From Stegostoma tigrinum (Eukaryota): a stretch of DNA of 64,000 nt. The stretch is from contig NC_081396.1 in NCBI RefSeq assembly GCF_030684315.1, forward strand, positions 372,001 to 436,000, read 5' to 3'. The notes under the pieces were generated by a model that was not told where the DNA came from, did not search any database, and was given only the letters and a program-made list of their open reading frames with translations. Below, one piece after another: positions 35,461 through 49,500 of this stretch (the stretch's first letter is position 1; each line of letters starts with the position of its first letter). A program made the position numbers and the translations under genes.

Positions 35461-36979
35461 GATACTCACAATTACTTACAATCTCTTATTGTGCTGTCTA
35501 CATCTTGCACAAAGTTGTAGAAGCAATACAAACATCATGTGATGCAGCATCACCTCCTCTGATAATGTGTGCTGTGTCTGATTAGCACGTTACACCGGTA
35601 GAATTAACAGTATCTCCGACAAATCCAAAGTTAAAGTTGTTTCTGTAAATGGTAAACAACATCACTTTCCAGCATTTGCCAACCCGATTAGCATCCTTTT
35701 ACCAGAATTCACAGTTTTCTGTTTTATAGCCAGCTGGTTATTTATCCCACTGTTGTCCGCAGATTCACACAGTTTGGTCTTTGCAATGTAATGTCATCTA
35801 GCAGGTCTTTTGTAAACGCAAGTGTGTTTCTGTATATCTATTGCATTAACCTCATGTACCCTTCCTCATACCTTTTCAAAGAATTCAATCTGGTTAGTCA
35901 GGAATTTTTACTTCCATTCTGACTGCAATTTGTCATATTTGTTGTTGATTTTTTTCTGTTACATTTTTCAGGAAGGGCTCCAGGACCTTTCTCACAAATT
36001 ATATGAACCTTTTCTGTGTGAATGAATGTTTGTAAAAGTGTTGATGCAATTCAGCCAGACCAACATCACTGTGTATTCTGCATTGCCCTGCACTATTCCT
36101 TCCCTGGGTGTGCTCGCTGTTCAACGAGTTACAGAAGTGATTCAAATGTAGAATATCAGATATATGTTTATAAATTCATGGAAAAGGAATAATGTCAGAG
36201 AATGAGCAAAAAGCTGATGTGATTTGTATTTTTAAAACTGGAGACAGATTGAAACCTTCACGAATCTCTCAAGGAACTGCTCTGGCTCTCTAGAAGCACA
36301 ATGATTGTTTATGATCAATGTTTGACAGATGTTCGAAACTCAGTGATAACATCAAGATTAGTTCCTTCTCCTTCCACTTCCTCTCAGAGATCACAGTCAG
36401 GTTTAATCTGAGCAGGGGGGCCTCCCAGAGAGACTTAGTTACTAAACGGAATAAGTACATTGATTCTGATATGGAAATATAATTCTGATTCTATTCTTTG
36501 CTCCAACAGACAGGTATATATTTACTGAAAGGTGACAGACTGGCAAAACTGAAACTAATTGCGACATTACTGTTTCAGCCCCATGTTAGAACTTACCCCA
36601 GCCTGCAATGAACATTCGGACTTTTCTCTGAAGCATGCCCAAAGAAGGTATGGACAGGAAATTGGATTAATGTACAGAAAATGTTATCGTCCAAAGTTAA
36701 AGCTCTTAGCTTATGAAAAGAATATTCTGGAGGGAATCTATTAGTGTGGGATTGTACATAGAATGAAGGAAGTCTATAGAATCACTGTCCAAAAGTGAGG
36801 GTCCTGTAGAGAAATACAGTTACAGTGTGGGACTGTACAATGATTGGTGGAACACTACGGAAACACAGTTGCAGCAAGTGACAAAAACAGCCACGGCATA
36901 ATAAAGGATTGCGAGGATATAAGGGGTTGAAGCAGAATACCCCACAGTGTGGAAAATTAATGACAGCGTGCACACACAC

Positions 36980-37720
36980 ATTAGTAGATGTCCAGAAGCA
37001 CAAAATGGAAGACACAAAGAATTACCACTCCCTGCTTTGAGAAACTGCAGAGGCTTGTCTTCAGCTGAAGAATAAAGGGAAGGGAGACTGCACGTTTGTG
37101 CCCTGGTGCAAGACATAACTGAAGGCTAGGAATAATGGGGTACATGGGGCTCCCAAAGAGAATGTGGCACCTGCACACAGTTCAGTGGGACCTGTGTGGT
37201 TACTGGAACCAGGCAGAACTTGTTGCCGACAAGGTCCTTCATTGGGGTTGTTGATGTGGGCCAATTATGAAACCCTGACTGACCAAGAGAAACAGGGGAT
37301 CTCCCAGTCTAACTGTCTGTTTTGCAGCACTGTGGAGACTGTGGACCATGTATACATTGGGTGTGGGCACTTGCATTCCCTTTTCAGTTGTCTCAAAGAC
37401 CTCATTTTGTGTTTTGGCTGCTCTTCAGCCCCACAATCCTGATCCTTGGGGACCTGGTACAGTGCTGGGCGGTGGGGGGGCGGTGTGTGGGCAGGCCAGA
37501 CCATTTCCTGGTGGGTCTGCTCCTGGGCCTGGCCAAGCTGGCCATTAGTAGCTCCCGGCAGCAGGCCGTGGAGGGGGTCATTGTGGCCTCCCGGATGTCC
37601 ATGGAGAAAGAGCACACAGTGTGCAACAGCGCTCTTGATATCTTTTGGGAGAGATGCGTGTGGAGTGCTTTATTTCCCCACAAGCTCTCTTTTGGTTTAT
37701 CTCAACCCTCCTCCTCACTT
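36980..37720 (+). mobile_element. Tx1/L1-clade LINE ORF2 C-terminal fragment
   Basis: CLFCSTVETVDHVYIGC zinc knuckle; FSPTILILG...LLLGLAKLAI...RQQAVEG. Confidence 0.8.
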
Positions 37721-38675
37721 TTATCCCCCCACATAGGCATTCCCCCTGCAGGGGCTCTGCTTGACACTGATTCTTTTGTCACATGGGTATTTTGCCTGGT
37801 GGTGGTATGTTACTGAAGTTATTTGCACACCTGGTGTATTTTCCTGCCAAAAACATATATATGACGAGTAGATTAGAGTTTCCTCAGTTGTGGACTGACT
37901 CCGAGCTGGCTACTGTGCACCAGTAAACCTGGAGATAGGACCTGGCCTCCGTGCAGTTATTTCAGACAGGCAGGTAGATACTCTGTATCTCACCGACATT
38001 ATGTTCCCTCTGAATTTGCTGTTGTGCAGGCCTGTTGATATCCACGCATCATAGTTTTATTTGTGCAGCCACATATTCAGTCAATGTGTTAAGGGAAATA
38101 ACTCATGAACTGCCTTCACACTGCCGTCCAATTTGCTGCACAGTTATGTACATGTACAATTGAGTGAAACATTTGTTCGCAAGTTATCTCATTCATGGAT
38201 CTGTATCAGGAATACCAGTCCATGCTTGATCATATTAATCATGTTAAATGGGGTGTGTTATTAAATAAAAACATACACAGGGAATCTGGAATCCCCTCAA
38301 TTCAGGGAACTGACTCTGTACTGAGCACAACAAAGGGTGACTTGCTGACAGAATACCAGCCTCTATGCAGGAATTTCAACCTGCACACAGTTTCAAGAGA
38401 TAACTTACAACCAGTTGGTACCAGTCACAGACACTCAGCGAAGATCCAGGATACGTGACTGGGGTAAAACCCAGGTCGAATTCCTGAGGTCGGGGTCAGG
38501 TCTGCACCTTCTGATCCAACAGGATATTACATTCTAATCAGAAAGTTAGGCATTTAGATCGTAATCTAATACTCTGAGGAAAATACGTTAACTTTTTCAT
38601 TCTCTCAAGAAATACATATTTACCTTCAAGTAAAATTATCCCGCTTAACTGTAGCAAAACTGTATTTTATTTAAG

Positions 38676-39523
38676 AGATAATGGAACTGCAGATGCTGGA
38701 GTATACCACATTGGCAGATGTGCAGGCACCCCAAGATGACATTCCACATTAAGCAGAGGTTCACCTGCACATCTGCCAATGTGGTATACTGCATCCACTG
38801 TACCCGGTGCGGCTTCCTCTACATTGGGGAAACCAAGCGGAGGCTTGGGGACCGCTTTGCAGAACACCTCCGCTCAGTTCGCAACAAACAACTGCACCTC
38901 CCAGTCGCAAACCATTTCCACTCCCCCTCCCATTCTCTAGATGACATGTCCATCATGGGCCTCCTGCACTGCCACAATGATGCCACCCGAAGGTTGCAGG
39001 AACAGCAACTCATATTCCGCTTGGGAACCCTGCAGCCCAATGGTATCAATGTGGACTTCACCAGTTTCAAAATCTCCCCTTCCGCTACTGCATCCCTAAA
39101 CCAGTCCAGTTCGTCCCCTCCCCCCACTGCACCACACAACCAGCCCAGCTCTTCCCCCCGACCCACTGCATCCCAAAACCAGTCCAACCTGTCTCTGCCT
39201 CCCTAACTGGTTCTTCCTCTCACCCATCCCTTCCTCCCACCCCAAGCCGCACCTCCATCTACCTACGAACCTCATCCCACCTCCTTGACCTGTCCGTCTT
39301 CCCTGGACTGACCTATCCCCTCCCTACCTCCCCACCTATACTCTCTCCACCTATCTTCTTTACTCTCCATCTTCGGTCCGCCTCCCCCTCTCTCCCTATT
39401 TATTCCAGTTCCCTCTCCCCATCCCCCTCTCTGATGAAGGGTCTAGGCCCGAAACGTCAGCTTTTGTGCTCCTGAGATGCTGCTTGGCCTGCTGTGTTCA
39501 TCCAGCCTCACATTTTATTATCT
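38676..39523 (+). mobile_element. 5'-truncated Penelope element (GIY-YIG endonuclease ORF 38718-39206 plus pseudo-LTR)
   Basis: FTCTSANVVYCIHCTRCGFLYIGETKRRLGDRFAEH...LGTLQPNGIN. 15-bp TSD tgtattttatttaag at 38661-75 and 39524-38. Confidence 0.93.
39431..39458 (+). ncRNA. Minimal type I hammerhead ribozyme in a Penelope pseudo-LTR
   Basis: CTGATGA-A-GGGTCTAGGCCC-GAAAC-GTC: core intact, palindromic ACGT stem III. Confidence 0.75.
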
Positions 39524-39797
39524 TGTATTTTATTTAAGGTGGTTCAGACTCTGGGGAGCCAGGTTTAAACATTATGTTCGCAGTTAGCATATGTGACACG
39601 TAGGAAGATTAGTGAGAGGTCGATTGTCTGCCCAGAATGGGGCACATAACTGTATTTTATGTATTAAAACTATGACTATTTGTAATTTAGTGGACAGTCT
39701 TCTAACTGCTCCCCACATGAAATGAACAAACGATTTGTGTTGAGATCAGACTGCTAAGTGTTGACTCCATTCTTGAACATCAACCACTCGACTTTTC

Positions 39798-40518
39798 TGG
39801 GTGAGAGATCAGGGTGTACAGGTCCATTGTACCCTGAAAGTGGCAATGCAGGTCGAACGAGTGGTCAAGAAGGCAAATGGCATGGGGGGTATTGACGGGG
39901 TATTGAGTACAAGAGTTGGCAGGTCATGTTACAGGTGTATAGGCCTTTGGTTCGGCCACATTTGGAGTACTGTGTACAGTTCTGGTCGCCACACTACCAA
40001 AAAAGGATGTGGATGCTTTGGAGAGGGTGCAGAGGAGGTTCACCAGGATGTTGCCTGGTATGGACGGTGCTAGCTATGAAGAGAGGTTGAGTAGATTAGG
40101 ATTATTTACATTAGAAAGATGGAGGTTGAGGGGGGATTTGATTGAGGTCTACAAAATTGAGAGAGGTAAAGACAGGGTGGACAGCAAGAAGCTTTTTCCT
40201 CATGGCAGGGGACACAATTACGAGGGGCCACGATTTCAAGGTGAGAGGGGAAAGGTTTAACAGAGATATGCGTGGAAAGTTCTTTACGCAGAGGCTGGTG
40301 GGTGCCTGGAACACTTTGCCAGCAGAGGTGGTAGAGGCGGGTACGATAGCATCATTTAAGATGTATCTAGACAGATATGTGAATGGGCAGGGAGCAGAGG
40401 GATACAGATCCTTGGAAAATAGGCAACAGGATAAATAGAGGATGTGGATTGGCGCAGGCTTGGAGGGCCAAAGGGCCTGTTCCTGTGCTGTAATTTTCAT
40501 TGTTCTCTTTGTTCTTTC
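39798..40518 (+). mobile_element. CR1 LINE 3' fragment
   Basis: ALERVQRRFTRMLPGM...RLRGDLIEVYKI...RGKFFTQRLVGAWN. Confidence 0.93.
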
Positions 40519-41174
40519 AGGACACTAGCTTTCTTCATTCAAATTATTAATATATATTGTCAACAATTGTGTCCCCATTACTGAACCCCGTGGCACTCTA
40601 ATGCTTCTCGTTATCTATTCTGCTTGTTACCTCCTCACAGAATCCGATCAAATACGTTAAGAAGTTAATAATTTTCCCTTTGTGAAATCATGCTCTCTCT
40701 GCTTGATCATATATTTCCGAATACTCTGCTGTTACATCTCTTATCATAGACTCTAACATTTTCCCTGATTGGCCTATCGTTACCTGTTTGTTACCTTCTT
40801 TCTTTGCGAATAAAGGTGTCACATTAGCAGTTTTACTAACCTGTGGGATTTTTCCAGAAACTAGGAATTCTTGGAAGATTCCTACCAGCACATCCAATAT
40901 TTCTCTTGTTCCTTCTTTTAACATTCTTGTCCCATCATTTTCCCAAGCAGTTTTTCTCATCGACAGTTGTCATATTTATTCCCTTTATTCCTTTTGTCCC
41001 TTGATTTTTCTGTATTGTTGGAATGTTCTTGGTATCTTCTACATTGAAGACTGATGCAAAATACTTATTCAACTGATTTGCCATTTCCTGGTTCCCCATT
41101 CACATTTCCCCAGCCTCAGTCTCTAAGGGGCCTCTCTGTTCCTTCTTAGATAATTAAAGAAGCCCTTGTTTGAA

Positions 41175-41775
41175 TGATAGAGTCATACAGCACGGAAACA
41201 GACCCTTTGGTCCAACCAGTCCATGCAGAACATAATCCCAAACTAAACTAGTCCCACCTGCCTGCTTCTGGTCCACATCCCTCCAAAAATTTCCTATATT
41301 TGTATCCATCCAAACGTATTTTAAATGCTGTATTTGTATCACATCCACCACTTTCTCAGGAAGTTCATTCCACACACAAACAACCCTTTGCGATAAACAT
41401 TTGCCTGCTATGTCTTTTTATCAAGCTGTCTCCTCTCAACTTAAAAATGTGTCCCCTCGTCTTCAAGTTCCCCATCTTCGGGCAAAGACAACTCCCATCC
41501 GCTCTGTATCTCTCATTGCTTTCTAAACTTCTGTCAGATCACTTCTCAACCTCGTACGCTCCAGTGAAACAAGTCCCAGCCTATCCAGACTTTCTTTCTG
41601 ACTCAGACCTTCCATACCGGCAACATCTTCGTAAATCTCTTCTGAACCACCTTCACCTTGGTAATATCCTTCCTGTAACTGGCCATCCAGAACTGCACAC
41701 AGTATTCTGGAAGAGGCCTCACCAAAGCCCTGTAAAACCTCTGTATAATGTTCCAACTCTTATACTCCTACACTC
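41175..41775 (-). mobile_element. CR1 LINE 3' fragment
   Basis: LDRLGLVSLERTRLRSDLTEV, WNELPEKVV. Confidence 0.85.
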
Positions 41776-41789
41776 AAAGGATGTCCATT

Positions 41790-43520
41790 TTGATCTGTCA
41801 GCTGACCCTTAAAATTTCTCTCCTCCCTCTTTCTTGTTTGGACATTGAGTTTTATGATTTTCCCAATCTTCCAGCTTGACCTGTGCTCATATTCTGTGCT
41901 TTTTTCTTTCAATTTTATGCGATCTTGAACTTCCCTGGTTAACCATGCTTGGCTTATCACATTCCTAGAACCTTTCTTTCTCACTGAGATATACATTTGC
42001 CATGAGCCAATAAAGTGCTTTTTTAAATGTTTGACATTGTTCCGCAACCATCTTTGCTGCTACACACCTTTCCCATTCCTCTTCAACTAGCTCCAACCCC
42101 ATTCCTTGGTAATTACTCTTATTTCAGTTCAGCACAATTATTTCCAAACCAAGTTTCTCCCACTCAAGTTGAATTCTACCATGTTATGGTCACTGTTCCC
42201 TAGGGAATCTTTTAATCAGATATCATTCATTAAACTTGCCTCATTACACATTACCACGTCCAAAATAGCCTAATCCTTCATTGGAGCCACAAAATATTGT
42301 TCTTGAAAACTGTCCCGAATACACTGCATGAGTTCTTCCTTGCAGGTACTTGTGCTAATCTGACTATCCAATCACCATGAAGTTTAAAGTTACCCATGAC
42401 TAATGTACAGCCAGTATTACATGCCCTCATCATTTCCTGATTTATTCTCTATCCTGGCAAATAACCACTGTCAGGGGGCCTATAGCTACTCCTACCAGCG
42501 TCATCTTCCCCATTTTATTACTTGTCTCAACCCATATGGATTCTCCATCTTCTAATCTGAGATCATTTCTTCCTGTCATATGGATTCCATCCCGATATGA
42601 CAATGCTACCCCTCCACTCTTTCCTTCCCTTTTATCCTTTTGAAAAGTCACATGGTCCTGAACGCTCAATTCCCAGCTTTGATTTCCTTGTAGCCATGTG
42701 TCCAGAACGCGACATGTTGAGACCCATAAACCCGTATTGATAACGTTAATTCATCTACTTTATTCTGAATGCCATGCATATTCAAATAATGAGCCATCAA
42801 TATTGTCTTTTAACTCTTTTCACCCTCCTTGGCCATAATTGCTGTTCTTTCGTCTACATTTGCAAATTTTGCCTTTCCTGTGACTATTACTCTGGGTGTC
42901 GCTATCCAAATAGCTGCGCTGTGATGCTGCCATATCCTTTTGCTTTGGATGTCAATATTTCTGCTTCCCCAAACTGCACCCACCCACCCCCATAAGTATA
43001 AATCCCTCTGTACAGCCCCACTTATTCCATTTGCCAGGACACTGGTCCCAGCACTTGTCTGGTGAAACATGTTCCCTCTCAAACAGTTCCCTTCTATCCC
43101 TGGACTGAAGCCAGCCGGCCAGCAACTGAAATCCATTTGGCTGACCCCAATCTTTCAACCACATGTTTAACTCCTTGACCATATTTATTCCCTATAACCG
43201 TTCTTCCACAGCTCAGGTAGTAATCCATGGATTATTACCTTGGAGATTCTGCTTTTAATTTCGCTCCAAAATGTTCCGAAACAAACATCTTGGCAGCTGA
43301 AATATTCTGAGCAGAACATCATTCCAGATGTGTGCAATGAATATGATTCCAAAATGGACCATGACATTCAGATTCTCCTCCACCCATTACAACATCTTCT
43401 TCAGATGTTTTTCACCATGACATGCGCCAAGTAACACAACATTGGGAACTTCCAGTCACAGCTGCAGAGAACAGTATCCATTCCCCCTTATTATTACTGG
43501 TCCTAGCATTCTTATCTTGC
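41790..43520 (-). mobile_element. Old CR1 internal fragment (ORF1 end and AP-endonuclease)
   Basis: FQKDKREGKSGGVAL...ESIWVE...KMTLVGV is endonuclease-like; ELNMWLKDW resembles the ORF1 esterase region. Confidence 0.75.
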
Positions 43521-44550
43521 TCCTCAAGGCACCCTGCACTGCAGTGTCATGTTCAGTTCGGTGAGCTTTATGGAGTGCATAAGGTAGGAGGTTCGCTGAG
43601 AGTGCACTCCAACACTCAAATATTACATGAATCACAAGTCCAGCAGCAGATGAGCTGATGGGGCAGCTTCAGATCGTGTTCCTCATACAGAAGTGAGATG
43701 GTCTTAGTGATGGTGTGGATTGTGTGTTTGAAACCTCACCCTGGGGTCAACATCCTATTTATGAACAGACTGATTCAACCTCAGACAAAATGCTCACTTT
43801 GACACCCAAGCGACCTTGGCCCAGTGAGCTCCCCGTGTGCTGGACATTCACCACCAAGACCGTCTGGGATCGATACACTGCCCCCCACCCACTGATTGAG
43901 GGCTATTGTCACAATGAAATAACTGTCAAGAGTGAAAGCAGAAAATGCTGGAAAAACTCAGCAGGACAGTTAGATTGTGAGCAGTGAGAAACAGGCAACA
44001 TTTCAGTTAATCCACTAGTACTGGTCAAGGTGAGAGATTTAACAATCTGTGAGCAAGTGCAGACTCAGGTGAAAATTCCCACCTCATACTGTCCTCCCAC
44101 ATTGAAACATGTCCATTCTGTGAATAAGCATTATATACCTGCCTCTGCCCATGTCCCTTAACATGTTAAATTACAAAAAATATTCAATCTCAGGTTAAAA
44201 TCAATATTTGATCAAGCACCACTGCTGCACATGGAAGAGAGTCTCAAATTTCAGTGATCCTTTGCATGAAGAAAACGTTCCCGCTAACACTCCTGAAACG
44301 TTTAGACTGTACACTCCAGTCCAAGGTTTCCCAACCGGTGGAACCAGTTTCTTCCAATTTACTCTGTTTCTCCTGTTAATATCTCAAAAAACTGTCACGG
44401 CCAGGGTGATGAACTTTATGGAAGGTGTAAGCTGGGTGAGGGCGCATTTGAATCGTCACGACAAGAGATTATAAATTCACGAATGAGGGATTCAGCTGCA
44501 GATGAGCTGAGAAAGGGCAGCATCAGGTAGAAATAGTGATGGTTCAGTTT

Positions 44551-45585
44551 ACAGTAGACAATAGGTGCTGGAGTAGGCCATTCGGCCCTTCGAGCCAGCA
44601 CCACCATTCATTATGATCGTGGCTGATCATCCACAATCAGTATCCTGCTCCTGCCTTATCCCCATAACCCTTGATTCCACTATCTTTAAGAGCTCTCTCC
44701 ATCTCTTTCTTGAAAGTATCCAGAGAGTTGGCCTCCACTGGCTTCTGGGGCAGAGCATTCCATGTATCCACCACTCTCTGGGTGAAGAAGTTTTTCCTCA
44801 ACTCTGTTCGAAATGGCCTACCCCTTATGTTTATACTGTGTCCTCTGGTTCTGGACCCACCCATCAGCGGAAACATGCTCCCTGCCTCCAGATTGTCAAA
44901 TCGCTTAATAATCTTATACGTCTCAATCAGATCCCCTCTCATCCTTCGAAACTCAAGTGTATACAAGCCCAGTCGCTCCAATCTGTTGACATACGATAGT
45001 CCCACCATTCCGGGAATTGACCTTCTGTACCTACCCTGCACTCCCTCAATAGCAAGAATGTCCTTCCTCAAATGTGGAGACCAAAACTGCACACAATACT
45101 CCAGGTGCAGTCTCACCAGGGCCCTGTACAGCTGCAGAAGGACCTCTTTGCTCCTATACTCAATTCCTCTTGTTATGAAGGCCAGCATGCCATTAGCTTT
45201 CTTCACTACCTGCTGTACCTGCATGCTTGCTTTCATTGACTGATGTACAAGAACACCTAGATCTCGTTGTACTTCCCCTTTACCTAACTTGACTCCATTG
45301 AGATAGTAATCTGCCTTCCTGTTCTTGCCACCAAAGTGGATAACCACATATTTATCCCCATTAAACTGCATCTGCCATGCATCCGTCCACTCACCTAGCC
45401 TGTCCAAATCACCCTGTATTCTCATAACATCCTCCTCACATTTCACACTGCCACCCAGCTTTGTGTCATCAGCAAATTTGCTAATATTACTCTTAATGCC
45501 TTCGTCTATATCATTAATGTATATTGTAAACAACTGCGGTCCCAGCACCGAACCTTCTGGTACCCTACTGGTCACCGCCTGCCAG
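44551..45585 (-). mobile_element. Relatively young CR1 LINE, 5'-truncated, with an open 312-aa RT C-terminal ORF (44637-45575)
   Basis: VPEGSVLGPQLFTIYINDI...KFADDTKLGG...LEYCVQFWSP...FFTQRVV. Confidence 0.96.
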
Positions 45586-45814
45586 TTTGTGTGTTTGATA
45601 GTTCACCTTGGGGTCAAACGTTATACCAGGGTTGCAAAGACACTGCTTCAGCCTCAGACAGAGCTCTCATTTGCTTGCCCGGGCCATTCTAACCCAGTGG
45701 GCTCCTCCTGTGCTGTGCATTGATCACCAGCCCCCCACCGGTGTTGTTACACTGCCACCCAGTGGGCACCTTTGAAATTCGAGGAATCCGAGCCCAGTTT
45801 GTTCAATCTCTTGT

Positions 45815-45950
45815 TGCAGAGACAGCAGGAGCTGCCGATGCTGGAGAATCTGAGACAACAAGGTGTAGAGCTGGATGAACACAGCAGGCCGAGCAGCATC
45901 AAAGGAGCAGGAAAGCTGATGTTTCGGGTCTCGACACTTCCTCAGAAATG
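45815..45950 (-). mobile_element. Penelope pseudo-LTR-derived short element
   Basis: Same 3' sequence family as the 39431-39523 and ~23130-23230 copies, with a degenerate hammerhead. Confidence 0.75.
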
Positions 45951-46764
45951 CTGCTCCTTTTCTGAGCACTTGTGCCTGGGAACAGTTCTCACAAATCCAC
46001 ACTGCGCTCAACCAAGGCCAATACATTCTCCTAAGATCTGGTATTCAGACTGGTTCGCAGGCGCTAAAGGTGTAGTATCCAAAACCTTGATTGTAGTTGA
46101 CATATGATATCTCTGATCTTCTACTCTGGTGGTCCGGATATGAAGGCCAGCATTTCAGTCCCACTTTAAACAATTTTCTGGGCCTGAATATGTCATTTCC
46201 ATGATCTACATACACGGGCCCCAAGTCGCTGTTTCAGCTGGTCTCTCGTAAAAGTAGCCTGTCATATTCTTTAAGGTCCAGAGTGAATGACCACACAGAT
46301 TGGTTCATGTGAAAATATATGTGCTCATTTGTGTTGTCCATTTACTTGATCGATAGCACTTAATTTTATCCTCCGTTTATTACCCTTTACACAGCTTGTA
46401 ATAATAACTTCACAGTATCATGTCAAATTTGGATACATGGACTTCTGTTCAGCAAGGTGTCAATGAATTTATGAGTAATTGAGGTGCCTCAACAGATCCT
46501 TGTGGACAGCACTCGTCACAGTCTATCAACAAAACTCTTTGCTGATTATTCCTCCTCTGACTCGTACTGGTCAGCCATGTTCCTAAACAGGTCAGTCACT
46601 TACTTTCAATCCTGAGACCTTTAACTTTAGCGAACCAACAGTTATGAAGTACTTCAGCAAATGCCTTAACTACCTTAGACTGATTTAATATTCTATACTT
46701 GAGACATTTCGCACATGGCTGATGAAAACACTTGTTATAAATTCAACGCTAGTGTTGTTCTGAT

Positions 46765-47198
46765 CAAAGAAACAAAGAAACCTACAGCACAGGAACAGGC
46801 CCTTCGGCCCTCCCAGCCTGCACCGATCAAGATCCTCTGTCTAACCTGTCGTCTATTTTCTAACGGTCTGTGTCCATTTGCTCCCTGCCCATCCATGTAC
46901 CTGTCCAGAAACATCTTAAAAGACGCTAACGTGTCTGCGTCTACCACCTCCGCTGGCAACACGTTCCAAGCACCCACCACCCTCTGTGTAAAGAACTTTC
47001 CACGCATATCTCCCTTAAACTTTCCTCCTCTCACTTTGAACTCATGACCCCTAGTAATTGAGTCCCCCACTCTGGGAAAAAGCTTCTTGCTATCCACCCT
47101 GTCTATACCCCTCATGATTTTGTAGACCTCAATCAGGCCCCCCCTCAATCTCCGTCTTTTAATAAAAATAATCCTCATCTATTCAACCTCTCTTCATA
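46765..47198 (-). mobile_element. CR1 LINE 3' fragment
   Basis: RRLRGGLIEVYKIMRGIDRVDSKKLFPRVG...RGKFFTQRVVGAWN. Confidence 0.93.
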
Positions 47199-47599
47199 GC
47201 ATCAATCTGTGCTTCTCCCCATCTCCAAAGACAACTCCCCCTTCCTTTGGTGAGTTAATCATTAGGGAACAGTACAGCAGCCTGACTGTGATCTGATCAA
47301 AGGATTCAGGCTCAATGTGCTGACAGTTGTGAAAGATGAGACATAACACCGGAGGATATGAGATAGCTGTTGAACTGTTGGAATACAAATTTGCTTATTC
47401 TGTTCATTGCAACAACAAATGCATGAAGTTAAGATAATAAAATGTCCAAACTTTGCCAGAGGAACCACAAGCAACATTCAAGGAAGAGAAACACCTCCAT
47501 TCTTCAAGAACAGAGTCATCATTGCCCGTGGTTCTCAGATCATGATTGTGTGACTTCATTTGAATGTCAATAAAAGTTACTGAATGTGTTCGTGACAAT

Positions 47600-49500
47600 T
47601 CCAGAGTATCACATTATCCCGATACTTCTACAGAAGTATGCACAGTATCTGTTGGGTCTCGATAAAAACTTCTTTTAAACAGTGAAATCAAACACTCTGA
47701 GGTCAGGTACAACAGACATGCGGTGATATTCAGAGTAGAACTCTCTCCCTACTCTTTCGAAATGAAAGTAAAGCTCTCTCTGTATTGTCCACATCAAACA
47801 CTCCCAGAATAGGTACAGCGTGGGATTACATATCGTCAGTTGGCTCAATCTCCTCGTCATCTTATCTGCGATGGAGCATAATGATCACAGTGTGAATTCA
47901 AATCCCCCACTAACTAAGTCAGCAATCTTGTGGAATACTGAGTCCTGTTCCAGTTGCCCAATTATAGGAAAGACATCATCAAGCTGGAGAGGATTCAGAA
48001 AAGATTTAACAGGGTGTTGCTGGGTTTGGAAGTTTTGAGTTGTAAGGAAGGCTGAGGCCTCTTTCACTGCAGCTCAGTGAACTTCCTGAGAAAGTGGTTG
48101 ATCCAGGTACAATTATGGCTTTAAAAGACATTTGGACAGATTCATGAATGGGAAAGGTTGGGAGGGATATACGCCAGCAGGAGGCAAGTGGGACTAGTTT
48201 AGTTTGGGATTTTGGTCAGCATGTACTGGTTTGATGCAAGGATCTGTTTCCATGCTGTATGACTTTATAACTGAGCTCACTGTGATGTTCCACCTTCACT
48301 ACCTTGCTCCTTGCTTTATGTGTGGCGACCCTCATGTTATACAACCATCAGCTGTCTCTCTCTCTCTCTCTCTCTCATGAAGGAGTGGTCCTCTTCAGCT
48401 TTACTTCTCTGACAAGATTCAGAGTAAATCTCCCTCAACACTGTGCCGACTGAACTTTTCCAGGACAGGTACAGCAGGGAGTCAGAAATGGGATAAAGCT
48501 GCCTTCACAAACATTTCCAGGACAGGGCTACTAGAACATAGAACATAGAACAATACAGTACAGAACAGGCCCTTCGGCCCTCAATGTTGCGCCGACCTGT
48601 GAGCTAATCTAAGCCCCTCCCCTTACATTATCCCATCATCATCCATATGTTTACCCAAGGACTGTTTAAATGCCCCTAATGTGGCTGAGTTAACTACATT
48701 GGCAGGCAGGGCGTACCACACCCTTCCCACTCTCTGAGTAAAGAACCTGCCTCTGACATCTGTCTTAAATCTATCACTCCCTAATTTGTAGCTATGCCCC
48801 CTTGTACAAGCTGAAGTCGTCATCCTCGGAAAAAGACTCTCACTGTCCACCCTGTCTAATCCTCTCATTATCTTGTATGTCTCTATTAAGTCCCCTCTTA
48901 GCCTCCTTCTCTTCAATGAGAACACATCCAAATCCCTCAGCCTTTCTTCATCGGGCCTGCGCTCCAGACCAGGCAACATCCTGGTAAATCTCCTCTGTAC
49001 CTTTTCCACCGCTTCCGCATGCTTCCTGTAATGGGGTGACCAGAACTGCACGCAATATTCCAAATGAGGTGCGCTAGCGTTTTGTACAGTTGCAGCATGA
49101 ACTGGATTCAAAATGAATGATTTTATTGTCATGTCTGTTTCTCACTCTGGAGATGCTGCCTGATGATAAGTTGTTCTGATAAGGCTCTCTACAGGTTTGA
49201 TTTTATTACCAGGATTCTATTAGTTCCAGAATTAAACCCCTTCTTCACTGTTTCCATTAAACACCCCGTGGATAGGTAAAGCGTGATGTTAGATACAGCA
49301 TGTTGCTCCATGTACATTGTCTCTATCAAACACTCCCAAGATACAGACAAGCATGGGGTTAGATAATGTGTAAAGCTTTCTCTATACTCTTCCCATCCAA
49401 ACCTGTCAGGGTAGTTATAGCATGGTTTATATCGAGTGAAGATCCCTCAATATTATGCTAGCAAAGACACGGCGTATGTGAAATACAGTGTACAAGTTAT
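47600..49500. repeat. Decayed ~70-bp satellite array broken by CR1 insertions (CR1 at ~47930-48260 + and ~48533-49096 -)
   Basis: Recurrent atcaaacactcccag..caggtacagc...gggttagata...gtaaagct unit at ~47690-47830, ~48420-48530 and ~49250-49460. CR1 ORF at 48623-49132. Confidence 0.75.

Noticed and set aside
44637-45575. 312-aa ORF as a host gene
   Set aside because: It is the RT C-terminus of a 5'-truncated CR1 LINE.
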